NCBI GenBank assembly: GCA_000165425.1
Contig: CT868163.1
Location: forward strand, 248,001 to 312,000
Source: Paramecium tetraurelia
Lineage: Eukaryota
Length of the DNA stretch: 64,000 nucleotides
Direction: 5' to 3'
Part shown: positions 1-13,245 of the stretch, piece by piece
Position numbering within the stretch: the first letter of the stretch is position 1
Layout: each line of letters begins with the position of its first letter
Translations under genes and position numbers: made by a program
The notes under the pieces: generated by a model
What the model was told of the DNA's origin: nothing
Databases searched by the model: none
Seen by the model: the letters and a program-made list of their open reading frames with translations, nothing else

Positions 1-286
1 TCAAAGTAAGATTAGTGACAGCAATTGGAGCAGGATTCTAGCTAATAAAAGAAATAAAGAAAATCATCAGCTTCTCAATTAATCTTAGTATTAACAACCT
101 TAATTAACAATCCAATAATTTCTCAAGAAAATCTAGATAGATTTCTCTCGTCCTTTGAAGAGTCGACATGATGAGTCAAAATTCATTAAATCACAATAAG
201 ATAGTTTCAGATAGAGAGCTCAGTCGAATGATGGAAAATTTGTTAAATATTATAATGATTCCTTTAATTAGAAATCTAATAATTGA
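1..286 (+). CDS. 3' part of a hypothetical protein (starts before window)
   Basis: Frame 2 open from base 2 to TGA 284-286 under the ciliate code; could instead splice into the downstream gene. Confidence 0.4.
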
Positions 287-316
287 TTTACTATTATAAT
301 TAATTATAACAGCTAA

Positions 317-1546
317 ATGAATAGACCCAATAGTCAGACTAATGATTACTTTAATTTAATTGAGAAATGCGTATGTAGAATATGACTCTCTATCTTAGAA
401 ATTCCCAAGGATGATAGACTCTATCTTAGATAATGTGCACATTAAAACAATCCAGATATCATCTCAATCCTATTTCAATTTAAGAGGAAAAATGGTATAA
501 TATTTTAATCCATAGAGACCAAAGAAGATTATATATGGATTTACGGAAATTTTTGTAACAGAACAAATAGGTCCGCGTTCTTTAGAAGAAATAATAGTAA
601 TCTAAGGAAAATCTTAGAAATGGATCTCCCTAAGCCAAAAGCAAATAATAATCCAGATAGAATAGCATAAGAAACAATAATCCAAGATCATTGAGCAAAT
701 AACTATTATGTATCAATCCATCTGATAAATCTTAACATTTACTGATGTATAACAAAATTAAGAAATTAGGACTACTCCACATAAATAATAGTAAGACAGA
801 TTATCTTAGAATTAAAAATTCCATACTAGTAGTGGAGGATTCTTTAAAGAAGTGCAAAGGTTTGATGAAACAATTAAGAAATCCCATAAATAGAAAAAAT
901 GGACTGAAGAAGAAATTGTGAGGAAATATGCTGATTTATTTACAGCACCTGATTTTCTAAAGAAACATAGAGCAATATCTTAAGATACAGATCCAGATAG
1001 CAAAGATTTTAATTTTGCAATTCCATGTCAAAGTTTCATTTGTTAACCTAAATATTATGCTTTGTAGAAATTTAGTGCAGAACAAATATTTGGATTTATC
1101 TATATGGAGACATCGTTAATCAAAATAAGCAAGAATTTCTTTTAGTACAAAATGGAGGCATTTTACAATGAGATTGATGCTGAAATACCAGATCTGCAAG
1201 AAATGTTCATGTTTATAGACAAAAAGAATGATGGTTTTATTGATGTCAATGAAATGGGATAATTTCTTGATTTTGTTTGTTAAAAAGAAGATAGATCAAT
1301 TTTCATGAAATTAGACGCAAATAACTAAGGATACTTTACGGAACACTAGATGCTTTAATAAACTAGAGATCGATAATTTACAAGAAAGTATTATTGGTAT
1401 AAATAATAAAAATAGCTATTTTTTCGAGTTTGACATTGAGTAGTCAGGAAAGATTACCTATTGGGAGTATTACTTAAGGTATTTTTTTTACAATTATTAG
1501 GTAACCTACTTAATTAGGACAGCATTTAAATAAATTACTAAAATGA
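317..1546 (+). CDS. EF-hand calcium-binding protein (5' structure uncertain)
   Basis: EF-hand-like loops DKKNDGFIDVNE, DANNQGYFTEHQ, DIEQSGKITYWE; short GT..AG introns; TGA 1544-1546. Confidence 0.65.
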
Positions 1547-1587
1547 ATTTATATAATAATTATTTTTCCGCTATTTTTAATTTAAAT

Positions 1588-2087
1588 ATGTGTTTGGAAG
1601 AAGCTTAAGATGACAAGGGATTGGATAAATTTTTGAAAATGGCTATCAAATAGTAAATCATCCTATTAGATTTAGTTATGAAACTAAATATGGAACTCCA
1701 TAAAGGAACTTGAGGGAGAAGGCAATGACTTTATGGCTTGATTTACCATCTTATAAAGACAAGATGATCGTGATGGAATTTATGTAAAGGAAGATTGATA
1801 AGATTGAGTCTTCATAAAAAAAAATCACTTAATTCTTTAAATCATACTCCAAACCATCTGCGACTAAGATTATTAAATAGGTTGATCAGGTGGATGATTA
1901 AGAAATTACAGGACCACTGATAGAAGAGAATACTCCTAAGAAGAGGGACAAATCACCATATAGTAAATTCTATGAGGAAACGTATTGGAAGCTTAAATTA
2001 GAATATGAATCTCTAAATTAAAAGGAGATCAGACAGATGGTGAAGAAATAATGGGAGAGTAATAGAAAGACAATTTAATTTGGTTGA
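1588..2087 (+). CDS. Small protein with HMG-box/YABBY-like C-terminal motif
   Basis: One 23-nt intron restores frame; C-terminus KKRDKSPYSKFYEETYWKLKLEYESLNQKEIRQMVKKQW has HMG-like spacing. Confidence 0.55.
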
Positions 2088-2174
2088 ATTTTAATTATGC
2101 ATTACTTAGAAAGCAAAATCTTTAGTATTAGTTTGACTATATTAATAATATAATTTATTATAAAAATCGTTAAG

Positions 2175-2854
2175 ATGTTAAAGAGAAACTCCCATCGTTA
2201 ATCTGACCATTAGTTAAGATACTCATCATTGACTAAAAATGATGAATCAGAGTTTAATCTAGGAAAATTTCGAGAGAGTGTCTATTCAAAGATGCAACAA
2301 TTAGGCAATTAAGAACAATAGATCTACGTAAAGGGTACTGCCCCAAAAACCGTTAAATCATCTTAGGCTTAAGAATTGAGGGGAAGGTATAAGGAAAGTT
2401 TAAGTTTAGTATTCCATCATTTGAAGATATTTTCAAAAAGATGTCTTCATATAAAGACAGTTCACATAATATTTTGAAACATGACGGATCTTTGAGGTCT
2501 AGTATCCAATGCAAAATAGAATAATTTGCCGATCCACCTTAAAGCAGATTATCATAAAGATCAGTTGGGATGACTTTGCATATTTCCAATAGATTTGCCT
2601 CCCAAACTAAATTGGATACAAAATAACAATCAACAGGAAAATTCACTTCTAGCTTTATAGAAAAACCTGTTATTGCTTAACCGCTTAAAACCAGTGTGAT
2701 GGATAAGTTGCCACTGAAAGAATTGATTGATATTAGAAATAGAGTTGAAGGGAGTACATAGAGTGAAGTACAATAATTGTCTAAGAATTATGTGTCTGAA
2801 TTAGTGAAATTGGCACAAATCATAAATAAATAAGTGAGAAGATGCAAATTATGA
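2175..2854 (+). CDS. Hypothetical protein
   Basis: ATG 2175, one 23-nt intron, open to TGA 2852-2854. Confidence 0.7.
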
Positions 2855-2864
2855 TATTATTAAT

Positions 2865-4403
2865 ATGTTATAATCTCACAATAATGGAACCACCAGTCAA
2901 GAGTATAAAATAGTAGTTGAGAAATACTAGAGGTATTTGGATGAGAGATCTAAATTGAAACATAGATCTAATGATAAGTTAAGTGCTGCTGTCAGAAAGA
3001 TTTATCTGAATCCTCTCCTTCCCTCATTATAATCTGATAATTAGTAATCCACTAATCGAATGAGAAAGAGACAATCTTCGGTATTGAAAGAGCAATATTC
3101 CCATTTTAAGTAGGAGTCTATTGAGCAGATTAATACTAATATCTAATAATCGATTGTCAATCATCAATCAAACTCAGTGCCTAAAAAATAATAGCATCAA
3201 TCTCAAGCTAATCTTGAAATACCACAATAGCAAAGCTTTTTTGTAGGTTTATACAAAAATTAGAGGATTGAAAATTAAAGCAAAAACATCACCATCAAAG
3301 ATTTGGTATAATTTCAAAAGAATTCACAAGACCAACAATAAAGTTTGGCTCATTTACCATAATTATAATAACCAAATAATGAAATTAATTTAAGTAGATA
3401 TTTTGTCAGAAAACCTAAACCTAAAAAGATCTCGTTTGATGAAATTTCATTTACTAATAAATGGGAAAGAGAAAGAGGAAACAATGTTGTGAGGATTGAT
3501 AAAATGCAAGCAGAGGAATTCTCAGAAAATGTGGTTGATTATCTCTTGGCTTAAGAAATTATGAAATTATTCTTTTAAAATTCTAGTGTTATATAATTCA
3601 AAGCAATCATGCTTGAACTTTTCAAAGGAGTTTATTATGAAAGCACACTCGATTTTGAACAAATTATAGCATTTTTCACCACAAAGCAAATTACCTATTT
3701 GGAAATATTCTACATCAAGTATGCAATCTCTTAAGTGCTAATTAATGCCAAATATAATTTTATTTTTATCGAAAGAGCTCTCAACCAATTCGAAGAATAT
3801 CGCTATCTATTACAAAAGCCAATACCATTTATTCCTAAATTATTTGATAATGCCTTTTACTCCAATGTAGTTAAGGGAATCATGATGAGGCTCTTAAAAA
3901 GTCCAGCATACAATAAATTTTTGACTAACTAGAAATTTGAAAGTGAGTCATTCATATATGCTGTCAAAAACGGTTTGTTTCCATACTTAGTTGGAGAGTA
4001 TGTAGGACTGCCTTTGCATGCTAGGGTGAAAGATGTAAAGGCTGAATTATTCAGATAATAAATCCTATAACCCTATATTAACCAAGTTCTTGTTATTCAA
4101 GTAAGGAACCTATTAAATGAGTATTATCTTGACGAGCTTTACATTAAAGAAGTGGAAAGGAGATTGCAATTCCCTAAAGAAGGATAAGATTTATAAGAAG
4201 AAATTCACTTTCCACTATATTATATCAAATCATATATATAATGTAAGAACACTCTTATACCTTCTTATGATATCAAGGCTTTGATAAAGATAATAAAGAT
4301 TAATCCTAGTTCAGTGGATTCAGATTCTACTCTGTTTGTAGATAATATCAAATATTTGGAGTAATTTGAATAAATGACAGAAGAATTGTAACTATTTAAA
4401 TGA
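2865..4403 (+). CDS. Hypothetical protein (~512 aa)
   Basis: Long frame consistent with track ORF 3735-3932; TGA 4401-4403. Confidence 0.7.
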
Positions 4404-5262
4404 TAATCAATTTATATCTTCTTTTTGATATTGTTCTACTATTATCAGCATGACCTTTCATATATTATTTATAATAAAATTAAAGGATTACTTTAAAAGC
4501 TGAATCTAGTGCATTTTAAAGTATCATCAAGATTTATATGTGTCAATACATATCTTTATAGCTATTAATAGTCCTTTTGACAATCTATCTAGTTTATAAG
4601 TATATATAAAATCTGTAATAATAACTATTGAATAAATTGATAGGATACTTCGACTCATTAGTTAAATATCTGATGCAAAAAAGATGAAATTCAAAATAGT
4701 CATAGATTTAATTCGCTTGATGTATTACTATAAATCTTATTAGTTCAATAGTTTAAAATCTCTGTAAGATAAGTACTAATAATAGTGATTAAGTTATAAT
4801 TTATAATTAAAAAGTAGTTAAAATTTGATGGCAAGCGAGAGAATACATAAGTATGAGGAATCGAAAGGTGCAGTATAGAAAATTGATTGATTAGATTTTA
4901 TTTAGAAATGCAAGCAAAAGAATTGTTTTTCGAATAGTTATGGGAGTCCATTTTGTTTGGTGAAGAAATTCAATGATCATAACATTCTGAAGGAAAGTTA
5001 CAATAAGATGAATGTACGAGGAGATGAGAAATGTAATTTAAATGATCGTCTTCAGAAATATAGATCTTAGGCTTAGATGGCATTGGATAAATTGGAGACT
5101 GGTGAATGATATGCTAATTTTAGGTAGATTACAAATACCAGAAGCAATTACTGATTAGGTAGATGTAGTAGAAGTGTTAAGAGGAGGAAGAGTAAATGTA
5201 GCATCGAATTTAAGTGCGAATGAAGAAAGCTTAGCAATTGTGATTATTTATTATATATTTTA

Positions 5263-8200
5263 ATGGACCAAATTGAGCGTAGAATATAATAATTAAACCC
5301 TGATTCCTCAAGTGTGAAGGAAATAATAGAGATCTTATCACTATATCATTAAATAACAACAGTATGTATTATTTGGGAAATACAATTCAATAGAGAGATT
5401 CTATACAAAAAGTAGTATTAACCTTAAAATCTTGTTAAGAATACTTCAGCCAATAAAATTACGATCATTATGGGGAAATGGATCTTAAGGTTTAGAACGT
5501 AATAGAAGATGTTCAACGTTTAGATGTAGTAAAAATGAAGAAGTCCTTTACAAAGAAGATGTCAACAAAGTAACAATAAGTGATATGTTGTTTCTAGATC
5601 GATTCGATTATTGTCAAACAAATTACGGATAGCATTAGATATGTTGGAGGGTGATTGGATTAGCAAGAATAATACATCATTCCAATATAAATGGGCATCA
5701 ATTAAAATGAAGAATATTCAGCAGTAGAAATGTTTATTATTGTAGAGTAATGAATATGGACATGAAGAAGTTGGATAAAAAATCACTTGAGTTATTGATC
5801 TGTAGGATATGCGAAAAAAAAGTACAAGCTTTTGAAATGAAAATTCATTGTGAGGAATGTCAATAATCTGCAGAGGCAAAGAAACGAATACTAGAATTGA
5901 ATTTGGAAATGGCAAATCTGTGCGAAGCAGCTTATTAAGATGAAAGAAATGCTTAAGTTAAACAAGCGTTAATAAAATTAAAAATTTTATTATTTATAGA
6001 AAAAATAAAAAAGTATAAAAAAATAATAATAAATTCAGAAGAACCTAAACATTCAACATGGATGAACAAGAGAACGAATAAGAGTTAATCAATATCAATA
6101 ATGCTATGACAATAATTATTAATTATGCTGATAAAATAGTGAATTAATCTAATGATGATCCTAAGTGTAAGAATTATCTGACTAATTAGAAAATCTGGTC
6201 ATCCTTAATGATCTGTCGAATGCAGGCAATTACATAGAGAGTAATGAAGCTAAGACCATCATAACGCGAGTTCATAAGAGCATCCTTGATCGAATGGATT
6301 ATTTTAAGAAACAAGAAGGTCATCACTAACAATATGACATGACTCTCCAATTAACCAAAATATAAGCTATGAAAAAGTCCTTTGCCAAACAAAACTCACT
6401 CTCCTTTCGCTAATCGAAGTTTTCTTAAGTTTCTCAGTCTCCAAGAAATCGTGTTGTTGAAACCATATTTGAACAAGAAGAAGGAGAAAGACAGAATCAA
6501 CCAGTCATTTCTCGGAGAAGAGAATTCAAAATGAACACTTCAATATTTAAGGTGAATGAAGGTTGTGACAGTCCAAGAATTTCTAATAAACCATATACAG
6601 CAGGCTTCATAAATGATCATACAGATTCCGACAGTGCGAAACAGCCATTCTCTTATGATTCTGATGTTGGAGACAATAAAGCACCTTCCATAAAAGAAGA
6701 ACAAAGCAATTCATCCTTAGAGGAAGAGTCTAGCAAATCGAATGCATCAAATCCTCTCAGAAGATAACTCAAAATTCAATAGAAGAAGAAACGAGTCTCT
6801 AATTTCCACTCCCAAGACTTTCAATAAGCCAGTACTCCAACATCCTCTTCTTAATAATAAGTTTCGATACCTAAAAAAAGTAAATTCAGCAGCAATGCTT
6901 CGAATAATAGTCCTCAACTGATTTAGGAATAGATTGATCCTGTTCACACTGACAAGGGGTATCACTCTGATTCCGACATGATCAAGACCAATTCTTCTGT
7001 ATCAATTGAGTAGAAGAATGTTGGCATTAAGGATTTTGAATTCATTAAGCCTTTGGGCAAGGGAGCATATGGATGGGTTTTCTAAGTGAAAAAGAAAGGG
7101 TCTGGAGATATGTATGCATTAAAGATTATAGATTGTGCTTAACGAGTATTAATTAAATCATTACTAATAGAATTTAGAGGCTTTCTTAGAATAATTGTAG
7201 GCAGAGAGAAACATTTTTGAAATCCTTAATAGTCATTTTGTTGTGAAGGCATACTTCTCATTTGTACATGAGCATTACTTATGTTTTGTCTAAGAGTATA
7301 TGGTTGGTGGTGATTTGGCAAGCATTTTGAAGACATACACAGCTTTGGATGAATTTTATGTGAGACATTATATGGCTGAAATAGTATTGGCTTTGGAATA
7401 TCTGAGGAATTAAAATATAGTACATAGAGATTTAAAACCAGAAAACATTCTATTGGATTCTTAAGGACATGCCAAATTGGCTGACTTTGGATTATCTGAG
7501 AAGGGTTTGAATAGCAGATTAAAAATGAAAAGAGAGGGTTAAGTGTTGCCAGACTGTATCTCTTAATAGGTTAATGATTCATCGGAATTTTATGAACACA
7601 TCAAAAAGGCAGAATCCATTTTCATTGAATCTAAGAACAGTAGTAATAAAAAGTATTGAAATATCATTCTAAATTAGGATTATTGGTACTCCTGATTATA
7701 TTGCACCTGAAATTATCCAAGGTGTGTCAGTAACTAATTATTCAGCAGATTATTGGAGTTTGGGTGTTATCATGTATGAAATGTTATGTGGAGTGGCACC
7801 TTTTAATGATGACACTGTGGAGAAGATATTCGAGAATATTCTTAATTTAAGAATTGAATGGCCCAAATTAGGAGATGATGGAGAGGAATGCATTTCCTAT
7901 GACTCCTATGATCTCCTTACTCGTCTATTAGAATAAGATTACAAGAAGAGAATTGGGCATGTCTCTATTGATGAAATCAAGTAGCACAAGTTCTTTAAAG
8001 GTTCTTAATTCCATTATTTCATAGGTATTGAATGGAATACATTACTTAATAAGCCTGGTGTTATTATACCTGATTTGGATCAATCTTCAAGGGACACTGA
8101 AAAAATGGAACAATTCTTAGTTAAACTAACCAAACCAACCAAGGATTAGGAACATAAGAAATTAACTCAGCAGCTCAAGAATCAACTTTAGAATTTAGAA

Positions 8201-8379
8201 CGCATAGATCTATTGAAACAAAGAAGTGTGCTGGAGGCAGAGGAATATATGTATGTTGTTTTATTATCCATTCATTTAGATAGACGATAGAAAGAGAATA
8301 AAGTTATATACAAAAATAGATTGATTAACTTACTTAATTTACTGCAAAGCTATATTCTTCACATATGAAATATAAATGA
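5263..8379 (+). CDS. AGC Ser/Thr kinase, MAST/Greatwall/IRE/Rim15 family, with N-terminal C2HC zinc finger
   Basis: GKGAYG, YALK, HRDLKPEN, DFGLS + insert + GTPDYIAPE, PFNDDTVEKIFENIL; ICRICEKK..H..EC upstream; several tiny introns. Confidence 0.9.
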
Positions 8380-8410
8380 ATGAATTATATAATATAAGAT
8401 AACTTGTCAT

Positions 8411-10793
8411 ATGTTTAATTTGTTATTGTTTAGTATTGTGAACGCAATAGATGTTAGTATTTCAAATATGGACAGTGCTATTATCGACATCGTCTGGTGT
8501 GGTGCTCATAATCAGTCTAATGACAATGTATTCAATCAATCCCTAATTGTTTTAGATCTTAGTTATGAGTTCAAAAGGAACAATCTATTTAAGTCAGAAT
8601 AACGGCGATGATTGGTAGAAATTTGCAGAAGTATTCCATAGAAAGGGATTGCTTGTTTTATAAGATGAAAACGAAAAAGTAGGAGTAGTAAATAAAATAT
8701 AAAAAAGTCCAATAGACCCACAATTAATAATATTCTTAGGAACAGAATTTGTTAATTGGATATCTCCTGATTGTGGATAAACAATAAATGCAATTTATAC
8801 GGGCAGATAAATGAGGGAATTTTAATTTCACCCTAAGCGAAAAGATTGGATATTAGCATCTTCATGGTCTAAGTGTCAAATGAAATAAAAAGATTGCTAT
8901 GTTACTAAGGATCTGATGCTTAGTTAAGATATGGGTTTGAATTGGGAAGTTATTGCTAAATATGTAAATTAATATTCATGGGGATTTAAAAGTCCTTACA
9001 ATGAAGTAATCCCAGAGGAGAGAATAATGATTACTTATGAACCCAATGGAAAGGGACATTAATAATTATCAGGTTGGAACATGAAGACTCATTTATTTTA
9101 TAGTGATGATTTTATGAAAACGAAAACGATGTTAGTTAATTAAGGCAATAAATTTCAATTAACCCCTAATCATGTATTTGTAGCTTAAGTTATGAATTCT
9201 TCCAATCAAGAAGTAACATTACTTGTGTCTGAATCTGATCAATATGAATACAACTTTAGATATGTCTAAATGCCAGACATACTTAAAGATCATAGTTACA
9301 CCATAGTTGATTCCTAATATGGAGCATTTATTAACATTAATCATCTAAAACCCAGTTCGATTATGGGTACAACTTATATCTCAGATTCAACTGCCTCCAG
9401 ATATAGAATCTCATTAAATTATACAGTGAGAACCGAAGAAGGGTAATGTGATTTTGAAAGAGTATTGGGTTTAGAAGGTATTTACTTAGCAAATGTTTAT
9501 GCATCAGAGTAAGCAGAACTATATTAATCTGAAATTGACGAGGACTCTCCAAGAATAAAGGAGGGGGATTTAAGCAAATTTAAATAAACTAAAATCACTT
9601 TTGACAAGGGAAGTAGATGGTAACCATTGACACCACCTGTAGTCGATTCTGAAGGTAAAAAGTTGTAATGTGATTCTAAATCATGTTCATTACATTTGCA
9701 TTCAGTTTCTACAAAAATGTAATTCGGTCCATTTTATTCAACCAAAAATTCAATTGGTTTGATATTAGGAACAGGAAACATTGGAAAATATTTAAGTTAT
9801 AGACCTGATCAAGTGAATACTTATATGTCAAGAGATGGAGGTTTAACATGGTTTGAAATAGCCAAAGGATCTCACATTTATGAAATTGGGGATCATGGAG
9901 GTGTCATTGTATTAGCAAGTGATCAATAAGCTACAAAAGTGCTGAAGTATTCATGGAATGAGGGATTGACTTGGGAAGTATTCTAATTTAGTGAACAACC
10001 TATTGAAATCACTAATATCATAACTGAACCATCCAATATTGGTACTAGATTTATCATTTATGGAACATCAGATTTATTCATAAATGAAGAAAATATTGAA
10101 TAAGGCAATATTGTTAAAATTGATTTTTCTTAAATTCATGGCAGAGAATGCATAGGAGAAGACTAGCCATCAAGTGAGAATAGTGATTATGAGTTATGGT
10201 CACCTACAGGTAAGATTAATCCAGATTGTTTAAATGGGAATGAGAGTAGAATATGTGAGAAGAAAAAGAGATGCCAAATGTTTTAATGGAGAAGATTTAC
10301 AAAGATAACATTCAGTTCAATATTGTTAATGTACTGAGGAAGATTGGGAATGCGATCTCAATTTCCATAGAGAAAACTCTGATCCAAATGCAAAATGTAT
10401 TCCCTATGAACTTTATGAATAAAACTTCGAGGCTCCTGAAAATTGTGAAGATTATTATGAGGTTACTAGGGGTTATCGTAGAGTGGCAGGTAACAAATGT
10501 TAAGGTGGGGTTGAATATAATCCAGTCAGTCTATTATGTCCTGGATTCAAATTTTGGAAATTCAGAAATGTAATATCATATCATTATCTAGATTTGGGAC
10601 TTTATGTTGATTTGCATTTTTGCTGCCATCGTCTATTTTATATATAAGAACAGACATCATTTCTCTAAAAAATAAGATCATAAGATGGAATAACAATAAT
10701 CGGCTAGGGCATATGGATAAAAGAATGGTTGAAAGGGGACTTGGATATAGAGAATTTGATGAAGATCTAATTGAAGAGAATCAAAATGTGTGA
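8411..10793 (+). CDS. Sortilin / Vps10-domain sorting receptor (apparent +1 frameshifts near 10233 and 10670)
   Basis: Signal peptide; BNR motifs TFDKGSRW, SRDGGLTW, SWNEGLTW; CSLHLH; 10CC-type CQCTEEDWECD and GYRRVAGNKCQGG; TM helix near 10595-10645. Confidence 0.9.
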
Positions 10794-11112
10794 ATATCAT
10801 AAATATTATTATTTAATTGATTATTAAATTGAAATAGATGAAGTACTCATTAGTGAAAATTATAAGTTAACAATTAAAAATGATATATGAATAAAAATAA
10901 TTGAGGATTACATTTTATGAAAAATCATCTACATTGGTATATTTAGATATTGGTCATATTTGAAGTAATTAAAGCAAATATTTTATGATTCCGAAATTTT
11001 CCAAAATATATTATAGAGATTAAAATAATTCTGTTAAATTGTATAAGAAATAAAATAAGTCAAGTTTTAGTGATTTAATCAATATTTCTTATATATTAAT
11101 TTATTTTTAATA

Positions 11113-11446
11113 ATGTCAAAGAATGTTAAACAGTTACTTTAAGATCCAAATTATACAGTACCCCTAGATGTGATCAAACGAGAGTTAAGTAAAATACCTG
11201 GAGGGGAAGATGTAGAAAACTAGATTTTAATTTTAGAAATATAAAGAAATCCAATAAACATTGTTGCCATTGTTAATGGATGGAATAGAAGAATTATCAA
11301 AGGAATTGGAGACAATGATATAGAATCCTGAAAAGATTGATCCTGAGGAAAGAGAGCGTTTTAATCCTTGCATTTATTTAGGGTATATCGAGTGAACTAT
11401 GGTTTATAGATAATATTTAATGAGAAACAATCCAAAGTAGTATTGA
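11113..11446 (+). CDS. Small Dpy-30/RIIa-like docking-domain protein
   Basis: Two introns; LLPLLMDGIEELSKE...FNPCIYLGQYLMRNNPK resembles the Dpy-30 motif with an insertion. Confidence 0.65.
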
Positions 11447-11484
11447 TTAAATAATAATATATTAATTAAAATATTTAATTTTAT

Positions 11485-11713
11485 ATGATTAGAAGAATCT
11501 TTTGGAATGTGAAGAATTCATTTTTTGGAGCAGGAATGCTTATATTGATCCCAGTTCAATTCATGTATTTCCCAGTTTTACTTGGAGTCCCAACATATGC
11601 AGCAACTGTATTGTAATCTGGTAATAATTAATCTTAAAATAGGTTTAACATATTATGATGAATATGACGGAGATGTTAATGAAGGAAATTATTATAAAAC
11701 AAAAAGTGCATGA
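11485..11713 (+). CDS. ~68-aa hydrophobic microprotein
   Basis: MIRRIFWNVKNSFFGAGMLILIPVQFMYFPVLLGVPTYAATVLQSG..; one 22-nt intron; TGA 11711-11713. Confidence 0.6.
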
Positions 11714-11999
11714 TCATTATAAATCAAATAAATTATTCAAGCATTATTTATATCATTTTATAAAATTACTCTCTCAATCACCTTCCTAAAAATCAGTGTA
11801 CTTTCTAAAGGAATTCATAAATTTACTCCATGTTTGAAATCAATCCTTTAACAAGCATACAAAAATAAAATACAAATCACTTTTGGATGATTGAATTACA
11901 TTATGGCTATCAATATATGAGTCAAATTAAAAATGAACAATTTTTAATATAAAGGACAGGGAATAACAATTTTATTCAATCATTATATAACATATTAAT

Positions 12000-12723
12000 A
12001 TATAATATATATATCTGTAGATTGTTATGGTTCATTTGTAAGCTTTATAAGATGTATTTTTAAGTACTTTCCCTATATTTTATTATAAAGCTATAAGCTC
12101 CTATAAATATGCACTACTTAATTAAGTGGCTTCTGCTTATTAAACATCTTGAAGATGGTTTGAAATTCTTATAATTTCTGCCAGGGTTGCTCTCTCTGTT
12201 ACTGCTTTATTCCTTTTCATATCTAATAAATCTGTCAATGGTTTAGAAGAGGAAGAGTATTATTATTCTTTTTTGGTTGATTAAATTTTAACCTTGTCCT
12301 TACTTATTGCAGAACCAAATGCACTTTGATAATTATTCTTTATTTAAATGTCATCCAATGGATGATATTATTTCTAACTTGGAGAATAAATTGCACGAGT
12401 CAAACCCATTTTAATTGGAGATTCTTATTTTGGAAATTTATTGTCCATTAGATTTCTTAAATGAGTTGCTGATTATCTATGAGATAAAGGCTAACCTGAA
12501 TTCTTTTCTTCTTGATTCTTAAAATTATAAAGTAATTCGCTTTTTTAAATAAACTTCTGATTCTCGAATCCCTAAACCTTTGAGTAAACTTTATCTCTTA
12601 TCCCCTTTTTAACATCATTCCAGTTTGAGGAATCACTTCTGCCCACAGGTACATTAAATTAGGATGGCTAATTTGAAAGCTAATGTCTATGAACACATTT
12701 ACAGTTGTTTAAGAATATTTCAT
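12000..12723 (-). CDS. Hypothetical protein (boundaries uncertain)
   Basis: ATG at 12723 and a long Gln-codon-rich open frame on the minus strand. Confidence 0.45.
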
Positions 12724-13245
12724 TAACAGTTAAAAATATTTTATTATATTTAATAATTCTAATCACTGCCTCATTTATCAAAATTATCTATAATATATTG
12801 ATAAAATTGATTTATCAAAAGCAATGCCGTATTTAATTAAAATAAGATTTACAAATTGGATAACATATTGATTTATGTTTTTTTATGTTGATTATAATTG
12901 AATAAAATTAAAATAGAATAAAATGCTATATTTTAATGACTTTCATTCAAAGAAATTGAGGAGTCTAGATTTATGGTAGTACTAGTTCGATTTTAAAATC
13001 TTTAATATTTTTAATCTCTTTAATATTAGTCTTTTGATATAAACTTAAATTTCAAATATCTTCACTTTTCTCAGAATTCTATCTGTTAGTAATTGAATTA
13101 TAGGGGGTGTTTATAGAGATATGAGATTTCGTTTATGAAATCATATTATTTATATTTGCTACAAAATTGTTATCTAATATTTGGATAGTTAATCTTTTTA
13201 CTTTTAAGGAGGGATTTTTTGATATAAAAACTTATAAGATAATTA

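Noticed and set aside
4450..5243. Coding-like region with intron-like segments on + and a long TGA-free frame on -
   Set aside because: Could not build one consistent gene model on either strand; left uncalled
10271..10573. 100-aa track ORF inside sortilin
   Set aside because: Wrong-frame shadow of the sortilin 10CC region
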